64,000 bases of DNA, taken from a virus. Positions 29,850 through 38,832 of the stretch are shown here, one piece after another. A program made the position numbers and the translations under genes. The notes below the pieces were generated by a model, which searched no databases, had not been told where the DNA came from, and worked only from the letters and a program-made list of their open reading frames with translations. The stretch lies in IMG/VR virus record IMGVR_UViG_3300032893_000017, positions 33,319 through 97,318 of that record. One strand, given 5' to 3'. How positions within the stretch are numbered: the stretch's first letter is position 1; the number at the start of each line of letters is the position of its first letter.

Positions 29850-30732
29850 ATTTCTTTATTTTTTCTATCAAATGTTTCATTTCGTAACTTTCTAATTTTT
29901 TAAAAAATTCCTTCTTGTTCTTTTTTCTTCTTATACTATTCATTTCGCCATTTAACTCTTGAAATTTAACTAGCTCATAATTTTCTCTTATCTTATCTAT
30001 ATTATCTATAATAAAATTCTTTAATAAAGATGTTCCATTTGAGAATCTTAAATTATCAATAAATAATAAATCTCCTTTTATTTCTTCTAGAATAGAAATT
30101 AACTCTTTTATTGTTTTCTTATTTTCTGTTTGCTTTGCTCTGAATATCCCATGTATATTATCGCAGGCATCTCCTATAATTGCTTTAAACAGTGGATAAT
30201 ATTTTATATCCATTCCCAAACTTTCTTCTATCTCCGATTTACAGTAGACTTTATCTTCTATTTGAATTAACTTTTTATCATTTATAATATTTATAAGCCA
30301 GTCATTATCTTTAGAAATAAATAATACATTCCTTTCTTTATATTGCTTAGCAAAATAATATGCTAAATCATCTGCTTCCATTCCTTCTTTATAATATTGT
30401 TCTACATCTAAATAAGATAATAAATTCTCGAGCTCTTTTACTTTTTGTATAAAACTATCTTCAGCAGTTTTTCTGTTTGCTTTGTATTCTTTTGATATTT
30501 TCTTTTTATTACTATTTCTATCCCATAAGAAAATTATTCTTACTTGTTCTCCATATTTCATTTTTAAACCACAATAGAAATTCAATATCCCATAAAAGAT
30601 CCCTGTATCTCTTCCTTTACTGTCTTTTAGGTTTCTCATACTCCAATTATAACGGTGTACTAAATTAAGAGCATCTATTATTATTACTTCTATTCTGTTT
30701 TTTATTACAAGATCTAAGTTTCCTTTTTGCAT
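29842..30732 (-). CDS. 5'-3' exonuclease / flap endonuclease
   Basis: IDALN, YKANR, EADD, SKDND, GDACDNIHG. Confidence 0.9.
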   Translation of the reverse strand: MQKGNLDLVIKNRIEVIIIDALNLVHRYNWSMRNLKDSKGRDTGIFYGILNFYCGLKMKYGEQVRIIFLWDRNSNKKKISKEYKANRKTAEDSFIQKVKELENLLSYLDVEQYYKEGMEADDLAYYFAKQYKERNVLFISKDNDWLINIINDKKLIQIEDKVYCKSEIEESLGMDIKYYPLFKAIIGDACDNIHGIFRAKQTENKKTIKELISILEEIKGDLLFIDNLRFSNGTSLLKNFIIDNIDKIRENYELVKFQELNGEMNSIRRKKNKKEFFKKLESYEMKHLIEKIKKYV

Positions 30733-30747
30733 TTTTCTCCCCTTTCT

Positions 30748-31338
30748 TTATTTTAAACTTTCTCTTAATTGTTTAATCCATAAATTCCTTTCGGCTGTTC
30801 TTTCAGCCTCTTCCTTCCATCTTTTCATATGATAATCCAAATCTTTCAATAATTCTTTTTCTTTTTCATATTTATATTGTTCTATTTGTAATTTAATTAT
30901 TTTTTTATTTTCATAATAACTATAATCACAATCAGAATAACTTATATTAATTTGATCTATCATAAAATTTTTTAATCCAATATGCTCTTTTGATGGAGGA
31001 TTCCATTCATTAACTTGATATAACATTTCATCGTATTTTTCTTTTAATGCTTTACATTCCAAAATTCTTTCTTGATTATCTTTTATTTTATTTTCATATT
31101 CTTTATCAATTATTATTTGCAATTCTGCATCTGATAATGATTTCAATTCTTGTAATTTTTCTTTAATGTTCTCAACTTTCTTTTTATAATAATCAGATTC
31201 TTCAAACTTTTCTGGAATAGGTTTATCAAAAGGTTCGTCTCTCATAGTGATACAAGCCCCAAAATTCCTTGCACATCGTAAAACATATTCTTCAAAACTT
31301 ATTCCATTTTTAATACCAGCAGTATATCCTGTAGACAT
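30748..31338 (-). CDS. Phage hypothetical protein
   Basis: MSTGYT..F..Y...CARNFG..MRDEP..WNPP..H..LK.FM. Confidence 0.6.
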   Translation of the reverse strand: MSTGYTAGIKNGISFEEYVLRCARNFGACITMRDEPFDKPIPEKFEESDYYKKKVENIKEKLQELKSLSDAELQIIIDKEYENKIKDNQERILECKALKEKYDEMLYQVNEWNPPSKEHIGLKNFMIDQINISYSDCDYSYYENKKIIKLQIEQYKYEKEKELLKDLDYHMKRWKEEAERTAERNLWIKQLRESLK

Positions 31339-31353
31339 AAAACTTCTCCTTAT

Positions 31354-31653
31354 TTAAATTATCTCTTCAAATTCCCCATTATTTTCTCTATATCCCATTG
31401 CAATCTTTTTTAATTCATTATAATTATACTCTCCAATATATTTAATTGCCAGCTGTTCTTCCTTCTCTGGATCTTCAAAAGCTCTATGTAAATTCCAGCA
31501 AGTTAATATTCCATTTATCACTATATACTTTGTTCTTAAATTTTCTCTCGGTATAATGTGGTGTCTACCACCTTCTGGCTTTCCACCACAGCAGGGACAT
31601 TTCCCAAACCATATATGATTTACTCTTTTATCCCATCTTGTTTGTCTACTCAT
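31354..31653 (-). CDS. HNH/NinG-like nuclease
   Basis: CPCCG...HHIIPR...NGILTC..LH. Confidence 0.6.
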   Translation of the reverse strand: MSRQTRWDKRVNHIWFGKCPCCGGKPEGGRHHIIPRENLRTKYIVINGILTCWNLHRAFEDPEKEEQLAIKYIGEYNYNELKKIAMGYRENNGEFEEII

Positions 31654-31934
31654 TGATCTTTCATTTTATTTAACCAATCTATATAATCCTTAGCTCTTTT
31701 CAATTCTTGTAAAATATCACTTCTAAAATCAATTTCTCTTTCATATATTACATTCTTAGTATCTTTATTTCTAATTTCTAAATGTTCAAAATAAGCAGTT
31801 TCTTTATTCCAAATAGATTCTTGCAAAACAAGAATTATTGTATATCCTTTATATTCTTCTTTTGAAATTTCTTTCTCAGAACAGCAAGTTATTAAAAAAA
31901 GAAACATTAAAAATATTATCATAACTCTCCTCAT
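31650..31934 (-). CDS. Putative lipoprotein
   Basis: MRR + hydrophobic stretch + TCC. Confidence 0.45.
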   Translation of the reverse strand: MRRVMIIFLMFLFLITCCSEKEISKEEYKGYTIILVLQESIWNKETAYFEHLEIRNKDTKNVIYEREIDFRSDILQELKRAKDYIDWLNKMKDQ

Positions 31935-33958
31935 TAATTTACCTCCACTATTCTGCTTATGCCTTTTTTATCTTTCTCTACAATTATTTGATTGATAAAA
32001 CTGTCCTTGATACTTGTATGACTAATTATAAATATTTGTTGAAAATAATTTTTTAGATAGTTTATTACTCTTATCAATTTCTCTGAGTTCCATTCATCAA
32101 TGGCAGAAAATATTTCATCTAGTACAATAAAATTAAATCTTACTTTATTTAACTTACTTAACAATTGACTTAATGACATTCTTATTGCAAAGTTAATTAT
32201 ACTTCTTTCCCCTCCACTAAAAGATTTATATCCTCTCCTTCCATTTTTTGTATTAACAAATATTTCCAAAGTATCCCTAAGATCAGCATTTTTATTTTTT
32301 AATTCTTTTAAAGTCTCAAATTCTATCTCAAATTCATTTCCCAAAATATCCTTTAAAATACTATTTGCATTATCCTGTATCTCTTCTATACTTTGTTTTA
32401 TTAACTGTGCTACTATTCCATTTTTTCCAAATACTTCTTTAAGAACTGAATAATTATTAACTTCTTCTCGCAGTTTTTTTGTTTCTGTTTCATATCCATC
32501 TTTTTCTTTTACTGTTTTTTCAAATATCTTCAATTGATTATTTTTCTCAGATAAAAAATATACTAAATCTTCTATTTGCTTTTCCATTTTCTCAATCAAC
32601 TTTTTATAATCTTTCAAATTGTCTATGTTATATTTATCTCCTTCTTTTTCTAGTTCTTTGATTTTCTCATTCAATACAGATATCTTTGTTCGTATCTTTT
32701 CTATAAAAGACTGAATATTTAATTTCTTCTCAATTAAAATATCTATTGAATTATTATCCTGTTCAGATTTTTTTAACAATTCTTTTTTCTCTTTATACTG
32801 TTTTCTTAGATCATCCAATTTAATTTCATGACTAATTATTACATTATTATTTTCCTGTAAAGAAGTTTCTAAAAATTCTATAGAAGCATGTATTTTATTG
32901 ATCAATTTACTCTTTTTATTTTTATCTTTTAAATCAGCTTCACAAGTAGGGCAAGTATCATTCTTAGATAAAGTCTCTATTCTTTCATTGTCCATTGATA
33001 TTCTACTTTTCAAATTAGCTGATGCAATTTTCAATTCATTTATTTTTTCCTTTAGTAATTCTCCTTTTGTTCTTATTTCTTCAACATCATCTTCACTGAA
33101 GTCTAACTCTATTTTCTTGGGTACTCTTATCTCTTTATCATTTGTCTGATATTGCTTTAATTCTTCTTTGTTGTCCTTTAATTGAGTTTCTAAATCATTT
33201 ATCTTGTCTAATATTCTGTTGTAATTAACTAATACCTCTCTTTCTTCTTTCTGTTTGTTTTTCAATTCAGATAGTTCTTCTTTAGATTTAACTAATCTTT
33301 TATTATTAGCTTCTATCTCTTTCTCAATACTTTTTACATCTATATCTTTTAACTTATTTTCTAAAAATGATTTTTTAGTTTCTGTGGAATCTAATTGAGT
33401 TTGTATTTGTTTCAGTTCTTTATTTACTTCTTCATAACAATTATCATATAAACCCAGATTTAATATATCTTTTAAATATGTCTTTCTGTCTGTGGGTGTT
33501 GCTGAGGAAAATGTATCCTGTTCAAACTGTTGAAAAAATATTGTAGCAATAAATATATAGTAATTTACTCCAATCTTTTTTTCGATCATCTCTTGAGTCT
33601 CATTTTTCCCTTCTGATTTATCTATTCCATTTATTCCAAAATATAAATATCCACCTTTGTTGTTTTTCCCCCTTGTTATTCTTATTGTTTCGTCTCCTAT
33701 CTCAAATAGCCAGCTTACTTCTACTATCTCTTCTCCTTGCATAAGAACATCTTCTTTTGATGTCTTACCAAATATACAATAAGTTAAAGACTCAAATATA
33801 GTTGATTTTCCAGTACCATTACTTCTTGCCCAATTATTAACAAATCTTCCTATAATAGAGGTTACAGATAATTTTCTGAAATCTATTTTTTGTCCTTGAT
33901 AAGACATAAAATTCTTTAATTCACATTCTAATAATTTCATATTCTTTCCTATATACAC
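31934..33958 (-). CDS. sbcC: SbcC/Rad50-like ATPase
   Basis: NFMSY, SNGTGKST, CPTC zinc hook, FSGGE, LDE, ISH. Confidence 0.9.
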   Translation of the reverse strand: MYIGKNMKLLECELKNFMSYQGQKIDFRKLSVTSIIGRFVNNWARSNGTGKSTIFESLTYCIFGKTSKEDVLMQGEEIVEVSWLFEIGDETIRITRGKNNKGGYLYFGINGIDKSEGKNETQEMIEKKIGVNYYIFIATIFFQQFEQDTFSSATPTDRKTYLKDILNLGLYDNCYEEVNKELKQIQTQLDSTETKKSFLENKLKDIDVKSIEKEIEANNKRLVKSKEELSELKNKQKEEREVLVNYNRILDKINDLETQLKDNKEELKQYQTNDKEIRVPKKIELDFSEDDVEEIRTKGELLKEKINELKIASANLKSRISMDNERIETLSKNDTCPTCEADLKDKNKKSKLINKIHASIEFLETSLQENNNVIISHEIKLDDLRKQYKEKKELLKKSEQDNNSIDILIEKKLNIQSFIEKIRTKISVLNEKIKELEKEGDKYNIDNLKDYKKLIEKMEKQIEDLVYFLSEKNNQLKIFEKTVKEKDGYETETKKLREEVNNYSVLKEVFGKNGIVAQLIKQSIEEIQDNANSILKDILGNEFEIEFETLKELKNKNADLRDTLEIFVNTKNGRRGYKSFSGGERSIINFAIRMSLSQLLSKLNKVRFNFIVLDEIFSAIDEWNSEKLIRVINYLKNYFQQIFIISHTSIKDSFINQIIVEKDKKGISRIVEVN

Positions 33959-34650
33959 AGAGCCAAATTAAACTTTCCATATTCCAGATGTTTCTTTATT
34001 GAGATAAAAGGAAATTCCGGTTTATCTATTCTTATAACTTTTCCAACATGAACAAACCCCCAGCATTTTAAAGGCACTTTTGGAACAATGTCATTTACAT
34101 TTTGAATATTTAGGAAACTATTATCTAAATTGCTTAGAGCAAAGAAATGTCCAAAATATTCATTTCCAACTCTAGGACTTCCAAAGACTATTCCCTCTAA
34201 AGGTATCCTAATATTGTCTTCAAAATAAATAGGAAAATTATATTCCAAATCTAACATACACAGAGTTGCTAAAGCTCCTCCTAATGAATGTCCTATTATT
34301 GTTATTTTTTTATACTGTTCTTTATTCTTTAACCCATATAAAACAAAAAGCAATAAATCTGTTCTTAATGTCATATACTGAGTTAGAAATCCTAAATGTA
34401 CTTTTATTTTTTTATCTACTTTATCGTAAGGAATAACCATTTTACCAAATAACAAATCTGTAAATATATCATTAAACTTTAATTCTGTTCCTTTAAAACT
34501 AATTATCAAAGTATCATTATTCTTTCCTATTCTGCAATAAGCTCCAGTCACACTATTCTGAATTATTTTTAATTCTTCCACATTATATTTATTTCTTATT
34601 TGTGGATCTTCCCAATTTCTTGTCAAATCCCAATATTCATTATTTGTCAT
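33949..34650 (-). CDS. Class 3 lipase
   Basis: SFKGT, VHLGF, GHSLGGALA, FGSPRVGN, DIVPKVP, H. Confidence 0.9.
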   Translation of the reverse strand: MTNNEYWDLTRNWEDPQIRNKYNVEELKIIQNSVTGAYCRIGKNNDTLIISFKGTELKFNDIFTDLLFGKMVIPYDKVDKKIKVHLGFLTQYMTLRTDLLLFVLYGLKNKEQYKKITIIGHSLGGALATLCMLDLEYNFPIYFEDNIRIPLEGIVFGSPRVGNEYFGHFFALSNLDNSFLNIQNVNDIVPKVPLKCWGFVHVGKVIRIDKPEFPFISIKKHLEYGKFNLALCI

Positions 34651-34831
34651 TTTTTCTCCTTCTTAAAAAATCTAAATATTCTTCATAAGTTTTTGGTTTT
34701 GGGCAATTCTCTTTAGGAATATTATCATACATAGAATATCCTAATGCACATTTATAAATGTAACAACCTGAGCGTATTGTAATTTCTCTTGCTCTACAAC
34801 TATTACAATTCTTTTTCATGTCTTTATTTCC

Positions 34832-35944
34832 TTATAAACATTTCTCTATTATTTCTTTTCCTTTACTTTTTAAAAACTTATTCAATTTTTTTTGTTCATA
34901 GTTTTCATCTACAAATCTATTAAGAATTTCTATTGGATTGTATTCATTTATTTCAATTCCTTTTTTTGCTTTCTTAACTGTATTTATTTCTATCTTTGCT
35001 ATATAATTATGCTCATTGAACATAGATTCTATCTCTGCTATATTTAAACTTTTTCTATCTTTTTCATTTACGTTTATTTTCAGTTTTAAAATACAGTTAT
35101 TATATTTTTCTGGTTTTACTGTTAATTTACCTGGATAATTTAATTCAATTATTTTATATTTTGTTGTATCAAGTTTTACAAAATCTACTTCGTCTGTTTT
35201 ATCATCATATACTAGAAATCCTTTATCTTCTTCACATTCTCCAAAATCATTTCTAGTAATAGAACCTGTATAAATTATTTCTGTATTATTTTTTTGAATT
35301 CTTTGATGTTTATGAATATGTCCCAAAAATATCTTTTTTATTTTTCTTGTATTTACTTCAGGAAAGAAGTTTATTCCACCTTTTAAATTATATTGCTCAT
35401 TTCCTATTACTGCACCATCATAATGTAGATGTCCAATTACTATATTTTTTCTTTCTGTATCCAAATATTCAAATATCATTTGTGTTATATGCTCAATAAT
35501 TTCTTCATTTTCCTTTAATTGATTTCTAACTACATGGGGAATAAAAATGTAATTTATGTTATTTATGATCTTAACTTGTATATCATCATATACAAGTATA
35601 TTCTCAAAATTAGCATTCCTTACAGGACTTATTGCACTTATTCCTGAATTTGACTTATCGTGATTTCCACTAATAAGAATTGTTTCGATCTCTTTCATAT
35701 TAAGAACTTTTAATCTTTCTAAAAACATATAATAATATTTTGCGGTTGGATTTTTCTCTTCGAATATGTCTCCTGCTATAATTATTGTTTTTATTTTATT
35801 CTTTATTGCATAATCTATAATGCAGTCTATTTGATTGAAAGTTTCGTTTACAGATCTTTCCATCCCGTTTTTTTCTATATAACTATCACTTAATTGTCCA
35901 ATATGAAAATCAGCTGTCATTATTAATTTCATATTATAATTCAT
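34832..35944 (-). CDS. sbcD: SbcD/Mre11-like nuclease
   Basis: ADFH, AGDIF, GNHD, GH, LGHIH, YTGS. Confidence 0.9.
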   Translation of the reverse strand: MNYNMKLIMTADFHIGQLSDSYIEKNGMERSVNETFNQIDCIIDYAIKNKIKTIIIAGDIFEEKNPTAKYYYMFLERLKVLNMKEIETILISGNHDKSNSGISAISPVRNANFENILVYDDIQVKIINNINYIFIPHVVRNQLKENEEIIEHITQMIFEYLDTERKNIVIGHLHYDGAVIGNEQYNLKGGINFFPEVNTRKIKKIFLGHIHKHQRIQKNNTEIIYTGSITRNDFGECEEDKGFLVYDDKTDEVDFVKLDTTKYKIIELNYPGKLTVKPEKYNNCILKLKINVNEKDRKSLNIAEIESMFNEHNYIAKIEINTVKKAKKGIEINEYNPIEILNRFVDENYEQKKLNKFLKSKGKEIIEKCL

Positions 35945-36452
35945 CTCCTATTGGTTCTGGAACTCTTGATTTGTTTACAGTTGAATTTATACTTCTAATA
36001 GATTCACAATGTTTTTCCATTGCATTCTTTGCTACGTTTGCTTGTTCTTTATAGTTGTTTAGTTTTCTTAGAAAATTCTTTTTTTCTGAATACTCTTTTG
36101 CTTTCTCAGCCATTAAACGACGTTCTTTTGCTTTTTCACTTGATTCTTCTTTATATTTAGCAGTTTCACTTGCAACCCATAAATCAAATTTTTCTTCTTC
36201 TTCAATAAGAGCATCTTCCAAATCTATTTTCATTCTACTAAAATAAAAGTAATGAGAAGCTGATTGATTCAATACATTTAAAACCTCTCCTTTATTTTCA
36301 GTATTCTTTACTTGCATCAATTCTGCAAGATTTGCTCTTATATTTCTTCCTTTAATTATTATGTCTATGAATTTATATTCTTCGGGAAGTTCAGGTCCTT
36401 TATACTCTTTTTCTCTCCTATGATCCATAGATCCTAAATTTTTCTTTGCCAT
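35934..36452 (-). CDS. Helical protein, possibly UvsY-like recombination mediator
   Basis: All-helical composition and position beside sbcD; weak. Confidence 0.35.
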   Translation of the reverse strand: MAKKNLGSMDHRREKEYKGPELPEEYKFIDIIIKGRNIRANLAELMQVKNTENKGEVLNVLNQSASHYFYFSRMKIDLEDALIEEEEKFDLWVASETAKYKEESSEKAKERRLMAEKAKEYSEKKNFLRKLNNYKEQANVAKNAMEKHCESIRSINSTVNKSRVPEPIGDEL

Positions 36453-36463
36453 ATTAAAACCTC

Positions 36464-36796
36464 CTAATGTATTTCTTTTATTCCTTCTATTGATTTAAGA
36501 TAATCTACAACATCTAGATTAGTTTGTGCATCTAATAATTCCTTAAAAGTTTCTATAGATAAATTATTAAACTTTGAAAACAAATAACTGATAAGACATT
36601 TTAGAGAACAAAAATCTTTTTCATTTTTTTTTAATTCTAAATCTTTATCAAAAAATAAAGTATTACTTACTCCATTTTCTTTTCTTCCGCCAAAGATAGA
36701 TAATCCATTACTATCAATATGGATCCAACCTATTTCATTATACATATCTTCTGTAACTACTTTACAGTTTTCACATTTATGAAATTCCACTTTCAT
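36464..36796 (-). CDS. Zinc-binding hypothetical protein
   Basis: CENC...DFCSLKC. Confidence 0.5.
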   Translation of the reverse strand: MKVEFHKCENCKVVTEDMYNEIGWIHIDSNGLSIFGGRKENGVSNTLFFDKDLELKKNEKDFCSLKCLISYLFSKFNNLSIETFKELLDAQTNLDVVDYLKSIEGIKEIH

Positions 36797-36811
36797 TTTA
36801 TTCTCCTTAAT

Positions 36812-37561
36812 CTATATGTAATAACTTTCCATTTCGTCAATTTCTTTTTGACTTGGATTTGTCTTTTTTAAAGTTTCCAATATATCAATTTTATATTTTT
36901 CTGGTCTATTCTCCCAATCCTGTAAAACTTTAACCACTTCCAAAGTTGATATTGTAAAACCTTTATTCACATATTTTGCTATTCTGTAAACCTCTGCAAT
37001 TGGACAATGAATATTCTTTATTACTAATTTATTTTTATCTTTAAAAAAATTCTCATCACAAATAGCTTTTAATTCATCATTTAATAAATAGATACCTGCT
37101 CTTACAATAGTAAAATCAAAATTATTTAGCACCTCTTCAATATTCTCGTCCGAAGTATGTACATAACCCTGATTTAATGGCTTAATTAACTGTATAGGAT
37201 ATTTGCCTGTAAAAGCACATTTGAAAGAAATGGCTATATCACTTGTTCTACTTTCAATATGTAAACTTTCTGCCAATAACCTTTTTCTTATTCTTTCAAA
37301 TGCTTCTACATTCTTACAATAAATATCTATATCTTGACATTCTTTAAAATCTTTTTCTTCAAGACAAACTCTTGCAAACCCTCCACATATAAATCCATCA
37401 TCTTGGATATAGTTTGAAAACAAATTCTTTATTAAATCTTGATATCTTTGTATTGTTACAATTTCATATTTACTTTTTCCGAGAGGAGTTGTTGATTTTG
37501 TTTCTCCTTCATCCTCTTCTTCTTTTTCATCATCTTCAAAAATATCATCATTTTCTTCCAT
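36812..37561 (-). CDS. Pol-beta superfamily nucleotidyltransferase (CCA/polyA polymerase head-like)
   Basis: FICGGFAR, DIDIY, IQLI, FDFTI, RIAKYVNKGF. Confidence 0.75.
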   Translation of the reverse strand: MEENDDIFEDDEKEEEDEGETKSTTPLGKSKYEIVTIQRYQDLIKNLFSNYIQDDGFICGGFARVCLEEKDFKECQDIDIYCKNVEAFERIRKRLLAESLHIESRTSDIAISFKCAFTGKYPIQLIKPLNQGYVHTSDENIEEVLNNFDFTIVRAGIYLLNDELKAICDENFFKDKNKLVIKNIHCPIAEVYRIAKYVNKGFTISTLEVVKVLQDWENRPEKYKIDILETLKKTNPSQKEIDEMESYYI

Positions 37562-37581
37562 GTTTATCTCCTTTTCATATA

Positions 37582-37613
37582 ATTATATAACCTTTATCAT
37601 GATTTTGTAACAA
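37582..37613 (-). promoter_or_regulatory. Phage promoter motif TTGTTACA-N16-TATATAAT (copy 3)
   Basis: Intergenic, upstream of the nucleotidyltransferase. Confidence 0.75.
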
Positions 37614-37627
37614 GAATTTTAATTATT

Positions 37628-37900
37628 TTATTCACTTATCTTTGTTATTATATCACATAATTCATTGTATATATTATTATGCCAAACAGACATCCTAAAT
37701 CTAAATTCTAAACTTATATAATTTTCGTTTTGCATTGGAATAAAATGTGTAGAAATATATTCTATCATAAAACCTATTAATATTTTTTCTGTCCATTTTA
37801 CTTTGGATACATCTTTATCATGTTCATCTTTCCATCCTTTTTCATCTACTTGTCCTTCTCCTTCAAATTGTTTACTCATCCATTCCCAAAACTTTTTCAT
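37628..37900 (-). CDS. Hypothetical protein
   Basis: Coupled ORF. Confidence 0.5.
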   Translation of the reverse strand: MKKFWEWMSKQFEGEGQVDEKGWKDEHDKDVSKVKWTEKILIGFMIEYISTHFIPMQNENYISLEFRFRMSVWHNNIYNELCDIITKISE

Positions 37901-38832
37901 TTTCTATACCTCTCATAGCAATTAGAAATCAATCCTGCTTTTCCTGTATCTATATAATTATTTTTAAATATTTTTATTATCATTAAAGCAATATCACTAT
38001 TATCTGTATATTCTGCATTTAGAATAACTGCACTCATATATCCTAATACTGCCCTTCTAATTCCTTCTGGTTCTTCTTCTATCTTTTTAATAATCTTTCT
38101 TACTTCTTCCCAATTATTATTCTTTAAAAGAGCTCTGCATAAGTTAATTACTAACTCACTATCATCAGAAATTATTGTTTTGTTGACTATCTGTATCTGT
38201 TTTTCTTCATTCTTTATATCTAATATCTTTTCTAGGAGTTTAAGTGCATCCCTCATATGTCCTTCACTTTTCTTAGTTATCTTCTTTAGAACTGTCTCTG
38301 ATACTTTCTTCTTTTCTATAATACATATTTTCTTTAGATATTCAAAAACAGTAACATTCTCCACTTTATCTAATTTTATAATAGTACATCTACTTCTTAT
38401 AGTGCTGATTATCTTTTCTGGATTAGTAGTACATAACATAAAATAAGAAAATGAAGGAGGATTCTCCAAAGTCTTTAGCATAGCATTTTGAAAGTCTCCT
38501 GTACTTTTATGCACCTCATCTAAGATAAATATTCTTACTTTCCTATGAAGGAATTGAGGATCACAATTACTTACTTCGATCAATTCTCTTGCAGTATCTA
38601 TTCCTCTGTTGTTACTACTATTGATTTCCAGTATATCTGTTTCTATTGCTCCTAATTCATAGGATAGTATTTTTGCTAAGCTTGTCTTTCCTACTCCATG
38701 ATCTCCTATAAATAAAAATGTATGAGGACAAGATTCTTTTTTCTTTAATAAATTCTTCAAAGTTAAAATAGAATCTTCATTACCTATAAAATCCTCAAAT
38801 GTCTTTGGACGGTATCTTTCTGTAAAAATCAT
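37897..38832 (-). CDS. Clamp loader AAA+ subunit (DnaX/RFC-like)
   Basis: YRPKTFEDFIG, GDHGVGKT, LDEVH, LKTLE, SRC, GHMRDAL. Confidence 0.9.
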   Translation of the reverse strand: MIFTERYRPKTFEDFIGNEDSILTLKNLLKKKESCPHTFLFIGDHGVGKTSLAKILSYELGAIETDILEINSSNNRGIDTARELIEVSNCDPQFLHRKVRIFILDEVHKSTGDFQNAMLKTLENPPSFSYFMLCTTNPEKIISTIRSRCTIIKLDKVENVTVFEYLKKICIIEKKKVSETVLKKITKKSEGHMRDALKLLEKILDIKNEEKQIQIVNKTIISDDSELVINLCRALLKNNNWEEVRKIIKKIEEEPEGIRRAVLGYMSAVILNAEYTDNSDIALMIIKIFKNNYIDTGKAGLISNCYERYRK

